Positions 44,649 through 57,995 of a DNA stretch of 64,000 bases are shown here, in pieces (position 1 is the stretch's first letter; every line of letters begins with the position of its first letter). Made by a program: the position numbers and the translations under genes. The notes beneath the pieces are model-generated. The model worked only from the letters and a program-made list of their open reading frames with translations. It did no database searches and was not told the origin of the DNA. This DNA comes from Octopus sinensis (lineage: Eukaryota). Location of the stretch: the NCBI RefSeq assembly GCF_006345805.1, contig NC_043014.1:22692001-22756000 (forward strand). Direction: 5' to 3'.

Positions 44649-44788
44649 CTCCACCACCTACACCACCAAACAGTATACACAGGTGCTTATAATTATCAAG
44701 TACTCACCCCGAATTTCTATATATATATATAGATAGATTTGCTACACACTACTTTCCATCTTTAATAATGAAACTTGGTAGATCCAAA

Positions 44789-45459
44789 AGTTAAACACAC
44801 AGACACACACAGATACACACACAGACACACAAGTTGAGTTTTATATATATAGATTTCTCAACGGGGATTTCAGGGGAGAGTTTCAGGGAGTCGCTGGCGA
44901 TGTATCGTGATGATCAAAAATCCGGCCTGCTAAAATTTGGTTAAAGTGATTCAAACTGCAAACTCAACGCAAAATGGTCACATTTAATTCAAAGCATTAA
45001 AAATGTTATGAAAACAATTGGTATGTGTTCACAAAGTACAAACGATTAATACGAAAAAACCATCCAGGCTACATCCCGAAAATTCATTTCTTTGCCGAAT
45101 TTCTACAATGTTTACGGCGATTCGTTTTTATATCTTGATTTTTTTAATTTTTCATGCAATTTACGCATGCTTGCACATGTGGTGAACACAGTTCACGTCA
45201 AACAGTTAACTGAGTAAAGTTCACTATTCAATGCATGGGATAAGGCCTAAACAAATACATTATCGATTTTTGCACTTGCGAGATTAATTTCGGAACAGAA
45301 ATAGTGCAGTTCAATTTTCATTCGCCTAAACTTTAAGTGACCCATTTTGGGTGGCTCTACGATTTGTTGGCTAGGAGGAGATGTGCCGGGAAGTTAAACA
45401 CACAGACACACACACAGATACACACACAGACACACAAGTTGAGTTTTATATATATAGAT
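44789..45459 (+). repeat. Direct repeat of a roughly 65-70-bp Helentron-like 3' terminus (44789-44853 and 45390-45459)
   Basis: AAGTTAAACACACAGAC...CACAAGTTGAGTTTTATATATATAGAT occurs twice. Confidence 0.6.
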
Positions 45460-45470
45460 ATATATATATG

Positions 45471-45514
<44 letters not shown>

Positions 45515-45521
<7 letters not shown>

Positions 45522-46400
45522 AATCCAAACGGGAAACAAAAAAACAACAACAAAGGAACAATTACAGTATTATTATTAATAGGCGCTCAGGAAAAGGAAG
45601 CAGGGAGGTATGACGTTTCGAGCGGAGCTCTTCGTCGGAAACATAAAGAAGGAAGAGAGAGGAAAGAAAGATCCCAGAGCGGGCAACAGGGAAAGAGAAA
45701 AAAGACGACTGGTGTTTACGAGTAGCACATGGTGAAAGGCGATGTTTACGAAAACAGAGCAAAGTGGTTTTTAAAGGCAAAAGAGTGGAGACAAGGTTGG
45801 TAACGCAACAGATGTGTGTGTATGTGTGAGTGTGTGCGTGTGCGTGCGTGTATGTGTGTGTGTGAGGCGAGATGAAAAAACAAAAATATATATATGTGTG
45901 TGTTAGTGTGTGCGTCTGTGTGTAGGCGTGTGAGGTAGGGCGAGATAGTGGTCAGCTTAGCAGACAAAGGTCAGTAGTAAGAAAAAGAAGGAAGGAGGAA
46001 GGGAGGGAGGGGAAGGGGTGGGGGCGTATGTAGCGTGCGTGCCAGCGTGTGTTGAGTAGTAGTGTGTGTGTGTGTCCAGTGCCGTGGTGGTATAAATGGC
46101 GAGTAGATTGAATGTGTGTAAGAGTAATGTATATATTAAGCAATGTGTATATGTGTGCGCGTGTGTGTAACGAAAAAGGGGGGGGTAAGGAAAAAGGACT
46201 CCAGCTGAGGGGAAGATGGAAGAGTGGTCCCGCGGAGGCGGGCGTGGGAAAACCCAACGACACGCGACGGTCCCAGGAACGGCGGGAGGTCTTGTCGGTT
46301 CCAAGAGCGAGGTGCCTGCGGAGCGTATGCGTACGCGAACCGGCGCAAGCGCGTGCGTGCGCGAGCCTGCGAGTATGTGCGTAAGTATGTATGTGTGTGG
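45515..46400 (-). mobile_element. 3'UTR/pLTR remnant of a PLE related to PLE-2, with a degenerate HHR at about 45607-45643
   Basis: Shares AACGGGAA, GGCGCTCAGGAAA and ACGTTTCGAGC..GCTCTTC with 26158-26290; minus strand CCGACGA-A-GAGC(UCC)GCUC-GAAAC-GUC. Confidence 0.55.
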
Positions 46401-46694
46401 ATGTGTGAGTGTGTCTGTGTGTATGTCCGGGTGGCAGTGTGTCCGATGAATGTTGTGAGTATGTGTGTATGTATGTGTGTGCATAGATGTATGTCCGTGT
46501 GTGGTGGTGTGTGTGTATGTGTGTGAGTGTGTATGTATGTACGTGTGGGGGTGTGGGGAAGTGTGTGTATGTGCATGTGTGTGCGCGTACATACAGGTGT
46601 GTGAGTGAGTGTGTGTGTGTGTATATATGTGTGAGTGTGTATGTATGTGTGTGTAGGATGCATGTATGTGTATGGGTGTATGTATATCTCTTTT

Positions 46695-47065
46695 ATTTTT
46701 CACTTGTTTCAGTTATTAATCTGCAGCCATGCTGGAGCATTGTCTTGAAGAATTTTTAGTCAAGCGTATTGACTCCAGTACTTATTTTTTCTAAGTCTGT
46801 TGCTTATTCTATTGGTCGTTTTTGCTGAATCACTAAGTTAGGGATGTAAACATACTAATACCAGTTGACAAGCAGTAGTGGTGAGGACAATCAAAGACAC
46901 ATGCACATAGATGTGATGGGTTTCTTTCCATTTCTGTCTACCAAATGCACTCACAAGTCTTTGGTTGGCCCAAGGCTATAATTTAGTACAAAACATTTGC
47001 CCAAGGTGCCACGTAGTGGGACTAAACCCAGAAACATGAAGTTGGGAAGCAAGCTTCTTTGTACT
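46695..47065 (-). mobile_element. Older SINE copy
   Basis: Diverged reverse complement of 56440-56950 (GGCACCTTGGGCAA, TGCTCCAGCATGGC). Confidence 0.7.
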
Positions 47066-47897
47066 TTTGCCACCCATACTTTCATTAATCACCTCTCCTA
47101 CTGAGTCAACAACTATCTCGCTTCACCCACCACGCTATGCCCCTCACTCTCCTCATGTGCTATGCCTTCCTTTCTTCTCACTCTTGGTCACTCTACTCCA
47201 CTTATTTCTACCCAATTTATATATTGGATCTACCCTCACATTTCATCTCCATTATTTTTCATTGTTCTTCATCTACATTCAGTCACCCTTATCCTCTCTT
47301 CTAAAATGTGAATAGCCAGGTAGCTCCTCAACAGCCCATTTTGTTCTGGCTTTCCTCTCATACTTTTACCTATTTTTTCGTATATATTTTAATTTTTTTT
47401 ATTATTGCACCCATTTCTTTAAAAAAAAGCAATGTTGTCAAAAATTAGAATTTTTATATATGTGTATAGCCATGGTATGTATTTGTAAGCATGCGTATCT
47501 GTGTATGTGTAAGTGGACGTATGTTTGTGCTTAAGCACACATATACACGACTGTATATGTATGTATCCATTCGAGCTTGTGTATTTGTATACATGTCTCC
47601 ATACATGTCAATAATGCCGTTACATAGCTTGTATACATAATTTTTCTTATTTCGTTTTTCCCCACCTCTCCTTTTTCTTTTTCTTTTTTCCTTCCCCTTC
47701 TTCGTTCCTTTTCTCTCTTTCCTTTCTTTCGTCCCCCCCCCTTACTCAGTATATGAAAATCGCTATAGATGATTTTAAATTGCGTGCGAGACAGATTGCG
47801 TAAATATATGTACGCATGCATTTATGTGTATATTTCAGATTTATATTTATACGCCTGTATATGTATGGCGTTGGCACGCATCCTTCTGTGTATGTTG

Positions 47898-50800
47898 ATA
47901 TAATAATGTTCGTCCTTCGGTTCGAAGATGACCAACTGACATCATCTGATGGAACTGCCGCCATGAGACCGGAGGTGGCTGGTGAGGCCAATCCGGGCAA
48001 GGAAGCCCCTCCCACAGGTGGGGCAGAAGTGGGTAGGGGCAGTGCTACTGGTGCAGGCGGCTCTGACTTTACGCATCTGACGTTTCTGCTCCGCTGACCG
48101 AATCCGTCCCTCCTCGGCTGTCCCTGCTCCCACGGTGATTGCGCTGCGCCAGGATGAGCGGTTGGCAGCAAGTGTCTCCCAGGTCTCTGTTCCGATGGAG
48201 AAGTCTTTGAGAGAGACCTTGAGACTATCCTTGTAGCGCTTTTTTCTGCCCTCCGACTTTGCGCCTGCCCTGGCCGAGTTCACCGTAGAAGAGCTGTTTT
48301 GGGATGCGAGTGTCGGACATGCGGGAGACGTGGCCCGCCCATCTCAGCTGGGCTTGCGCATGATTGTGATGGTGCTAGGGAGATCTGCCTGCTTCAGAAC
48401 TTCCGTGTCTGGGACTTTGTCTGCCAGCGGATGGAAGGAGGATTCCGAAGACACCTGAGATGGAAGTGGTTTATCTGGCGCTCGTGCCTTCGGTAAGCAG
48501 TCCACGTCTCGCAGCCGTATAGTAGAGTGGTAAGCACGACTGCCCGGTAGACTTTCAGCTTGGTGTTGAGGCTGATTCCTCTCCGCTCCCAGACTTTCTT
48601 TCGCAGTCTCCCAAAACGCGCTGCTTGCCTTGGAGATTCTGTTGATGGTTTCAGCATCTATGTTGGCATTGCAGGAGAGAGTGCTGCCCAGGTAGGTGAA
48701 GTTTTCCACCACTCGTAAGATCCGTCCGTTCACCCTTATCTGAGGCTCATGGTATTGTTTGCCGGGGGCTGGCTGAAACATCACTTCGGTTTTCTTTGCA
48801 CTGATGGTGAGACCGAAGTTGTCACAGGCTGATGAGAACCTGTCCATCTCGAGCTGCATCTCCTGCTCATCGATTGCATTAAGGGCGCAGTCGTCAGCAA
48901 AGAGAAAGTCTCTGACGACTGTCTCCCTCACCTTTGTGACAGCCTGCAATCTCCTGGAGTTGAAAAGTTTCCCGTCTGTCCTGTACTTGATGTTGATACC
49001 GGACTTGCAGTCCCTAAAGGCGTCGGACATCATTGCCGAGAACATGATGCTGAACAGTGTTGGGGCCAGGACACAGCCCTGCCTGACTCCGTTGGTCACC
49101 TGGAAGGCTTCAGATGAGTCGCCGTCCTCAAGGATTCTGGCTGTCATTCCGTCGTGGAACTGGCGGACAATTGCAATAAATTTGCTGGGGCAACCAAATT
49201 TTCCCATGACCTTCCATAGTCCCTCCCGACTGACTGTATCAAAGGCCTTGGTGAGGTCAACAAAGGTCATGCAGAGGTCAAGGTGCTGCTCCATGCATTC
49301 TCCTGGAGCTGGCGGGCGGCGAATATCATGTCAGTGGTCCCTCGACCCGCACGGAAGCCACACTGGCTCTCAGGGAGAAGGCCTTGCTCCAAGTGTTCCA
49401 GAAGGCGGTCAAGCAGGACCCGGGCCAGGATCTTGCCTGCTATGGACAAGAGGGAAATACCTCGGTGGTTGTCGCAGGACTGCCGATCTCCTTCCGTTAT
49501 AAATGTGGACGATTGTTGCATCCGGAAAGGAAATCTTGAGGGAGTTGTTCCCTGTCCCACATCGACTGGAACAGGCTGGTGAGCTGACTGATCATGGTGG
49601 GGCCTCCCGACTTGAACACCTCTGCAGGGATGGCGTCAGAGCCTGGAGCTTTGCCGGGTGGTCATTTTTTGATGGCTCTGCTCACTTCCCCGACTGCAGG
49701 GGGAACAGCCAACTCGTGGTTTGTCGGCACCTGGGGGAGTCGTGCGATGGCTTCCTCGTTGATCTGGGCTGGTCGGTTGAGCACGATGTTGAAGTGCTCC
49801 GCCCATCTCTCCAGGATCAGCCTCTTGTTAGTCAGGAGTGAGGTTCCATCTGAGCTGAGCAGGGGGGTTGATCCAAAGGAGAACTGCGGTCCATAGACAG
49901 CTTTCAGCGCCTCGTAGAATTTCTTGGTGTCGTGTTTGTCTGCGTATCCCTGAATCTCATCCGCCTTGGCGCTTAACCATGCATCTTGCATGAGGCGGAG
50001 TTTAGCCTGGACTGTGCTGCGAATGTTGTTGAAAGCGGTTTCTTTGCCGTGCAGGTGGTGTCATTTTGGTGAGCCCGCAGCAGACGGCGTTTCTCTTCCA
50101 GGAGCTTTTGGATTTCCTGGTCGTTTTCGTCGTCGAACCAGTCCTGGGGGTTCCTCGTAATTTGGCCCAGAGTTTCAAGGGCGATGGAATGAACCGTGTC
50201 CCTGAATGATTCCCACTGCTCATCGATGCTGGACTGGTCACTCCGAATGTCCAACAGCTTACTGTCCATACGTGACTGGAGATCTTGTGCAGTCAGCTGG
50301 TTCCTTAATTTCGTGATGTTAAGCTTCCTCGTCACTTTCTGACCCTGTGGTCTTCTCTTAGGTCGGATGTAGAAATCCATCCTGGAGATGATGAGGCGAT
50401 GGTCCGTCCAGCAGTCAGCTCCGCACATGGCTTTGACCAGTCTCACGTCCCGCCTGTCTTTCGCCCTGACGATGACGTAATCTATCAGATGCCAGTGTTT
50501 GGAGCGTGGATGCATCCATGATGTCTTGTTGCGTGTTGGCAGACGGAACAAGGTGTTGGCGATGGTAAGATCATGAGAGGCACACGCACGCAGGAGGAGC
50601 TGTCCGTTGCTGTTGCACTTTCCGATTCCTTGCTTTCCCAGTACGCGATGCCAGGCTTGGTGGTCAGTCCCGACACGGGCGTTAAAATCCCCAAGGAGGA
50701 TGAGCTTCCCAGGCTGGGCTGACGTGATGAGGGAGTCGAGTTCCTCATAGAACCTGTCCTTAACTTCTTCAGGGTTGGTCATGGTGGGGGCGTAAGCACT

Positions 50801-51870
50801 GATGATGGTCGCACTAGTCTTGTTTCCAAGTGGGAGCTGCATCTTCATCAGCCGATCGTTGATACCCTCAGGGGGCTTTCCAGTTTCCGCACGTGTACTG
50901 ACTTAATGGCAAAACCAACACCAGCCTCACGACGCTCTTCGCTGCTGCGACCACTCCAAAAGAAAGTGTAGCCGCCGCCTGTCTCTGTCAGCTGGCCTTT
51001 GTCCGCAAGGCGGGTCTCGCTCAGTGCTGCAATATCGACACTGTATCGGCTCAGTTCTCTGGCACCAGGGCAGTTCGTCTCTCTGGCTGTCCGCTTTGGT
51101 GTTGTCAAGCAGAGTTCTCACGTTCCAAGTTGCGAAAGTGAGCACCTTTGTTTGTTTTTCTTTCTTTGTTTCGACCGCTTGGAAAGGATCCCCGCCAGCC
51201 GCGGTTTGCTGACCGGGTGAGGTGAGGCAGGCTATGTTTAGGGCAAACCTTTTCTAGCCCCGTCCTCATGCTGGGGAGGCGAGCAGAGCGATCCTGAAGA
51301 GGGCTGCTCGGTCACTCAGGAGGCTGCCGGACTCCACTGCTGCCTCAGTTCAGTGAGGGGCGACCACATGTCCTGAGCCGCCTGTGTGTGGGTTCACGAC
51401 TGCAGCTCCCAGTGTATCCTCACCTGCTACTTCGCCGTTTCCCCATCGCCACAGGACTTTGGGATGGTGTCATGGCGTCATGATGTCGTGACTTGGATTA
51501 TAGTGAGGGTGACTTGCGCAGGATCAGCCTCACTCTCTCGTCCTGGTGCGCCGGATCCAGTGGCAAGACAAAGTCAAGACGACTGGGGGTAGACCAAGAT
51601 GCAGGAGCTGCCGGAAGGTGGCACGCATGGCGCAATCCAACCGCCTTAGGGGCTCCACTCCGGATTTTGGATGGCCATTGACTCATGAGAGAGTTCCTCT
51701 GCCCTTTGACAGGTTTTGTTTTTAGTCCTGCTGGGTGTCCAAATCACCCTCCTCACCAAGAAATCTTGGTGGGGTTGCCAGTTTAGTCGCCAACGACCCG
51801 ACCATGTAACAGGTTGTACTGGGTTACATGTTACCAGTAGCTCCAAGCGGAGACCTGACACAAATGTTGA
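47898..51870 (-). mobile_element. Near-full-length RTE/BovB-like LINE (5'UTR, single APE-RT ORF broken by frameshifts)
   Basis: ATWNVRTLLD, ALSETR, ISAYAPT, LGDFNARVG, LIDYVIV, NHRGISLL, SQCGFR, VDLTKAFD, GVRQGCVLAP, FADD, FTYLGS, LLYGCETW, C-terminal CPTC..H..H. Confidence 0.93.
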
Positions 51871-52174
51871 TATATATATGTACACGTTAACATAAATATG
51901 TATTGCAGTGTAATATTTATAATAGGTTTAATTTCTAAGCTTTAATTATACTTTCTTCATTAATGTCAATATGTATTTTATTCAATGTAAGGTTTTTTCC
52001 TCGAATTTTATAATTTTTATAAGTTTTTATATATATATATACATATATTTTTGACCTTTTTGTTTATCGCTCGAAGATTGACCGTTTTTTCTAAAGGGCC
52101 AATCAAACAAGTCCATTTCTTTTTAAAGGTGTAGCGTTTGTAAAGTCTAGATTGAATTGATATATCGGTTCCAT

Positions 52175-52305
52175 TCTAGCAAAAACTGTCTGATGAACGG
52201 CAACGAGAAAACTCTGCTGCTTTAAATAAAGCATATGACTCTACCACTGGTATTTGAGTACTCTTTTTTCCACCTTGTTTCACATTTATGTGTTTACTCC
52301 GGTAT
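52175..52305 (+). mobile_element. pLTR-like fragment homologous to 14068-14222; its HHR lacks the cleavage-site segment
   Basis: CTGTCTGATGAACGGCAACGAGAAACTC then jumps to TGCTGC. Confidence 0.6.
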
Positions 52306-52376
52306 AAATATATATAATATATATTTATGTATTATATACATATATATAAAATATATATATATATATATATATGTGT

Positions 52377-52448
<72 letters not shown>

Positions 52449-52519
52449 CATATATGTATATATATGTATATATATATATATATATTATATATATATATAT
52501 ATTGTGGTGTGTGTGTGGT

Positions 52520-52549
<30 letters not shown>

Positions 52550-52552
<3 letters not shown>

Positions 52553-53150
52553 TAGGTCGTCAAGTATGAAATTTGTAGAAAAGAATAAAAAGTTTGCTAA
52601 TGTTTTATAAATACAAGGAATAGTTTTATTAAGCAAAGTATACACCCATATTGTCAATACACTTTTGCCTTTTTCAGCGGTTGGTAATCTAGAATCAATA
52701 AAATCTTGGAATCCTGTTTTACAGCATCGTCGGAATTAAATTTTTTCCTATCAAAAAGTTATCCAAATTCTGGAAGAAGTGATAGTCAGTGGGGGCAAGA
52801 TCAGGTGAGTATAGTAGATGATGGAGAACTTCCAACTCAAACTCCTGTAGTTTCACCAATGTCCTCTTTGCGATGTGTGGTCTGGCATTGTCTTGCAATA
52901 TTGTTTGCTTGCTGACACCAAACAACAACGATAATTCATAGGCACTTTGAGATGAATCTGACTCAACAGTGGCTTTCAGTTCGTCATTATGTCCCTTTGT
53001 TTCTGGTCGCCTGCGTTGCTCATTTCTCAGGTCAAAGTTACCAGAACGAAATTTTGCAAACCAATTTGATACTGTTTACTGTGTAATAACATTAGAATGA
53101 AATACTCCATTAATATTCTGAGCTGTCTGTGATGCTGTATTTCCAAGAAC
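52550..53150 (-). mobile_element. Internally deleted mariner transposon
   Basis: N-terminal WFAKFRSGNFDL...LFGVSKQTI joined directly to QDNARPH...YSPDLAPTDYHFF. Confidence 0.85.
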
Positions 53151-53724
53151 GTCCATGCAGGAAAAGAGAGATGGTTATGTGAGGAAAGGAAAGATGGATG
53201 ATGGTGACATCAGAGCAACGAGAGAGTGAGAAAGAGAAAGAAGGGGGGAGAGAGAGAAAAGCAAAGAGAAAACGGTGAAAGGGTGGGGGGAGGAGAAAGA
53301 GGGATTAGAGAAGGATTGAGGAAGAAAACAGTATAGAGTAGAGTCACATCATTTATTATTATTATTTAACTGAATGCCACGCATCCATTTCCAAGTAAGT
53401 TTATCTTCACATTTATGATGCCACTCTCTACTCTATACTGCTTTCTTCCTACATCCTTCTCTAATTCCTTTTTCCCCCTCCCTCTTTCACCGTTTTCTAT
53501 CTGTTCCCCCCCCCCCCCGTTCTCTTTTCCACTCTCTTTATGGGAGCAACTGTCTTTGAAGACTCATATTGTCATTGAATGCTTGAAATGAGGAGTAGAT
53601 AGGGTCATTTCTCTGTATTTACTTGTCCTGTTTTCTATTTTTTTCTCTCGTTGTTTACATATTTAACTCGTTTGTCTACATATTTCATGTTGTTTTCACA
53701 GTTGGCAATGTCCTGTAGGCATAT

Positions 53725-53760
<36 letters not shown>

Positions 53761-53769
<9 letters not shown>

Positions 53770-53897
53770 AAAAAAGAAGTTTGAAAACGCCACTATATTA
53801 GATAAATTTTAATTTTCTTAATTCATAAGAAAATTAAAATTTATCTAAAATTTATCTAATATAGTGGCGTTTTCAAACTTCTTTTTTACAAATATAT
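53761..53897. repeat. Near-perfect palindrome (about 60-bp arms, 5-nt loop, short duplication in the right arm)
   Basis: 53761-53820 versus 53826-53897. Confidence 0.9.
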
Positions 53898-54124
53898 ACC
53901 CACTCGTATACGATCTACTCTTATAAATATATATATATATATATATTTTAATTTCAAGAAAGTTAGAGGTTGTGAGTCCAACCAACTAATGGATAATATC
54001 TATCCAATATTCTGCTGGTAGAATACCCAATTATTAATACACAAGTGTTTTTTATTGCATTACAATTACATTACCTAGTGTACTAAATGGGTGAAGGTAA
54101 AGAGATATTTTACCATTAATTTAT

Positions 54125-54385
54125 AGAGTAATAAGAAAATGGAGGGGATCAATAGGTGGTTCATCTACTTTTAGACATTATATTATGTCAACTAATTTAT
54201 TCATTTACTAAAATGACAATTACAAGAATATATATACATGTATAACATATGTTATACATATATGTTATACATGAATGTATATTCTTGTAATTGTCATTTT
54301 AGTAAATAAATAAATTAGTTGACATAATATAATGTCTAAAAGTAGATGAACCACCTATTGATCCCCTCCATTTTCTTATTGCTCT
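54125..54385. repeat. Near-perfect palindrome (about 115-bp arms)
   Basis: AGAGTAATAAGAAAATGGAGGGGATC...GATCCCCTCCATTTTCTTATTGCTCT. Confidence 0.9.
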
Positions 54386-54403
54386 GTCTGTCTGTCTGTC
54401 TGA

Positions 54404-54513
<110 letters not shown>

Positions 54514-55173
54514 AAAAAGAAGGAAATGCACAAAAATTTTGTTGAAAGAAAAATATATTTTCTTTTAATCAAAAAATATATACATAGGCACATGTGTGGT
54601 AGATTGCTTACTATACAGCCTCTCCTGTGCCCATGTATGAGTTGTTGTCAGTGTGCACATGCGTTGTTGTGTTGTGTGTATCACTGAAAGAGATAGCCAG
54701 CTAGCCAATGAAAAAGTAGCCCAGCTGTAAGGTAAGACTTTTGTTTTTTGGGTCCAGTGGGGATTTGTTGCTTGTGGTAATATTTTTACAAGCAAGGAGT
54801 CCTCACTGGATTCTGGACTCTAGTCTGCCTGCAGTTGGGAAAAGACTGTTCACATTAAGTGAATATTTTTTCTCATTGTGAGAAGTGTTGTTTGATGGTC
54901 ATGTCTCGCCACCAAAATTTGTGAAAATTTTATTTTCTACCAATTTGTGGAGGATTTTTTCTGTGTTCCTGCTTCTGGACCTGGAGTACCTGATTGGAGT
55001 ACCAATTTCTGGAAAATCTATCAGCCAGGATTACCAAAGGCCGGAAGTGTATTTGCCATGATTTGAACTGTCTTCCTTCCTTTTTTTTCTCTGTGCTGTC
55101 TTTCTGCTCTTTTATTTATTTTTGACTGTGTTAGACTGTTTGTTTTGAACTGTTAATTTCTTTTTCTGCAAAC

Positions 55174-55950
55174 ATGGCAAAAAAAACTGCTTTGGATTGG
55201 GAAATTGCGCCTCCAAGTCAGTTGTTGGAAAACTTCAATGAGAGAACCGTGGTGTTGAGAACTTATTGTAAATCTCTTGACACTATTATGGTATTACCTC
55301 GAATTGAGATAGAAAAAGAGTTGGCAGAATATCTGCCAACTTTTAAGTTTATTGCAAGGGGTGTCAAGTACGCAATGGTGTGGTTGCTATTTGACACCCG
55401 AGGAGGTTCGCAATTTTGCGAGCCAGCCCTTATAGGGGAAAAAAATTTGGTTTCTTCCCACATATGGTGGGAAGAAATTAACAAGAGCTTGAGTCTGTGG
55501 GCTACCACCCGGAATAGAACCCGAGTGGATGGGAAACACTATCTGCCGGGGACTGGGTGGCAGCAGAGCCAAGTTCATTAATGTTAAAGTGGCTGATTGG
55601 GTAGGGCCGAAAGCAGTTTTGATCCTGTTGACCCAATCAGCCAATGATCTGGTTTTTTTCAGAATTTTTGAGGATGGCCAGTTCTAGGCATCTGGTGATT
55701 CTTGAAGGACGCCCCCCCTCAAGTGTTACCATTATCGGGGCATTGCCGGCAATTGCTAGTTCACTGCTGGCATGTCCCGAAGCCCCTTCGGTGGGAATTG
55801 TGCCACCGGAGGACTCTCTCTATGTGGAGGAGGAATTTGTAGTCCTGTACCACAGGAGAGGGGAAATCCAAAAATTAAAAAGTTTAATGGAAAAGGTCGA
55901 TGGGAAGGAATTAGTACCTGTATCAATAACCCTGATTAGCCTCCATAGGT
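55174..55950 (+). pseudogene. Frameshifted ORF1-like gene, homologous to 36600-37550
   Basis: PPSQLLENFNERTVVLRTY; PTYGGKKLTRA.VCGLPPG; ADWVG; LVILEGRPP. Confidence 0.45.
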
Positions 55951-56439
55951 AGCTGTGGAGGTCATGTGGGAAAAAAACTTGTTTGAGATAATAAAGTCCT
56001 TCCCTGAGGACACATTTTGCTTTTTGCCAAAAAGTCCTGATTTAGCACCATCGAGGTGCTTGAGTGTGGCATTGAGCCTGGTTGGGTGACAGCGGGGCAG
56101 AAAAATTAAGAGGCTTAGTGCCTTGTATTGTGTATCAACATTAAAGTAAGAGGTTTAATGCCTCGGTCTGTTGTTTTGTTTTGTGTTTTGAGTTTATTGT
56201 TTGTAAGAGGCTCAGAGCCTCAATTGAGAAGGAACTGTGGAACTAAAGTAAGAGGTTTAATACCTCGTATTGTTTTTTACTGAGTAAAATAAAAAAAGAA
56301 TAATGTTTTAGAGAAGCAAAAAAATCAGCAGGCATTGTTTGTCTTCTCTCATCAATATCATCCTTTTTTGTCATTCATCTCATCAATGTTTTTGTCCAGC
56401 CTGCAAGCTACTCTGTGTTATGCCTTTATTGCAAAATTT

Positions 56440-56588
56440 TTAAATAAAATAGCTTGCTTACCAACCACATGGTTCTGGATTCAGTCCCACTGCATGGCAC
56501 CTTGGGCAAGTTTCTTCTACTATATCCTTGGGCGAACTAAAGCCTTGTGAGAGGATTTGGTAGATTGAAATTGAACGAAGCCCATTGT

Positions 56589-56674
<86 letters not shown>

Positions 56675-56950
56675 GTGTGTGTGTGTGTATGTGTGTGTGT
56701 GTGCATGTGTATGTTTGTGTGTGTGTGTGCATGTGTATGTTTGTGTGTCTGTGTTTGTCCCTCCAACGTCGCTTGACAATCGTTGCTGGTGTGATTATGT
56801 CCCCATAACTTTGCGGTTCGGCAAAAGTGACCGATAGAATAAGTACTAGGCTTACAGAGAATAAGTCCTGAGGTTGATTTGCTCGACTAAAGGCAGTGCT
56901 CCAGCATAGCCACAGTCAAATGACGGAAACAAGTAAAAGAATAAAAGAAT
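56440..56950 (+). mobile_element. tRNA-head/CORE-like SINE with a central (TA)/(TG) microsatellite
   Basis: Degenerate B-box GGTTCTGGATTCAGTCCC, CORE-like GGCACCTTGGGCAAG, CR1-like tail and (AAAAGAAT) end. Confidence 0.75.
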
Positions 56951-57074
56951 AGTCAACTGATTTTACTTATGCTACTCATGACTTTTATTGTGTATATTTG
57001 TGTGTATATATATTTTCCTTTTGTATATAATTCTATATATTTTTTAAAGTTATTTATTCTATTATATTTACTTT

Positions 57075-57995
57075 AACTGTGCTGATCCAGGAATCATTAA
57101 AGACGAAGAGGTCTGTTTACCAAGCACACCTGGCACAACTGACCTGCCTAGAGAAGAAAGCGGCCTTTCGCCAAGCCTGCAGTTTTCTGCAGCGCAAACT
57201 CCATGAAGTTCAGAATAAGTGGTGGACCAACCTTGCATGGAGATTCCAGCTGTGCACTGACTCTGGTGACTACAGTAGGTTCTATGAAGCTCTCAAAGCA
57301 GTCTACAGCCCAGCACCTCAAGTCTGGGCTGATAGCCAGGCACTTCTCACAGACATAACATCCATCCTCAACGGCTGATCTGAATACTTTCAGGCCCTCT
57401 TCAGTGTAAACCAAGTTTTCCAGGAAAATGCAACTCTCTACATCCAGCAGCAACCAGTCAGTGTGGAATTAGATGAACCTCCAACTCTCGAAGAGACCAC
57501 AGTTGCCGTAGGCTGGCTGAAGAGCAGAAAGGTAGCAGGAGTTGATGGCCTACCATCATGGGAGTCTTGTCATACATGCTAAACTCCATGAGCTCCTCAT
57601 TGCATGCTGGGAACAAAGCAAGCTGCCACAAGATCTCTGCAATGCTGTCATCATTACACTATACAAAAACAAAGGGGAAAAGTCAGACTGCTCAAACTAC
57701 CAGGAGATCACCCTGCTTTCCACTATAGGAAAAGTTTTAGCAAGACTACTCCTCAACATAGCTGAAAATCATCTTCCAGAAAGGCAATCTGGTTTCAAAG
57801 CCAACAGGAGCACAACAGATATGGTTTTTATTCCCAGGCAGCTCTAAGAAAAGTGCCAGGTGCAAAACAAACCACTTTATGTAACATTTGTCGATCTGAC
57901 AAAAGCTTTCAACACTGTGAGCAGGAAAGGTCTGTGGCAAATCCTAATCCGACTTGGCTATCCCCCAAAATTCTTAACCATGATTATTTGGCTTC
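57075..57995 (+). mobile_element. Old BovB-like RTE, left half
   Basis: YEALKAVY, LYKNKGEKSDCSNY, QSGF, VDLTKAF, PPKFLTMII. Confidence 0.85.

Noticed and set aside
46200-46360. GC-rich segment as a possible GIY-YIG C-terminal remnant
   Set aside because: Only faint similarity to the PLE-2 end; not enough to call
53300-53465. Inverted segments shared with 41665-41760 containing GTGAAGA...GAAA
   Set aside because: Core and stems are too degenerate to support an HHR; likely an old repeat family that I cannot classify
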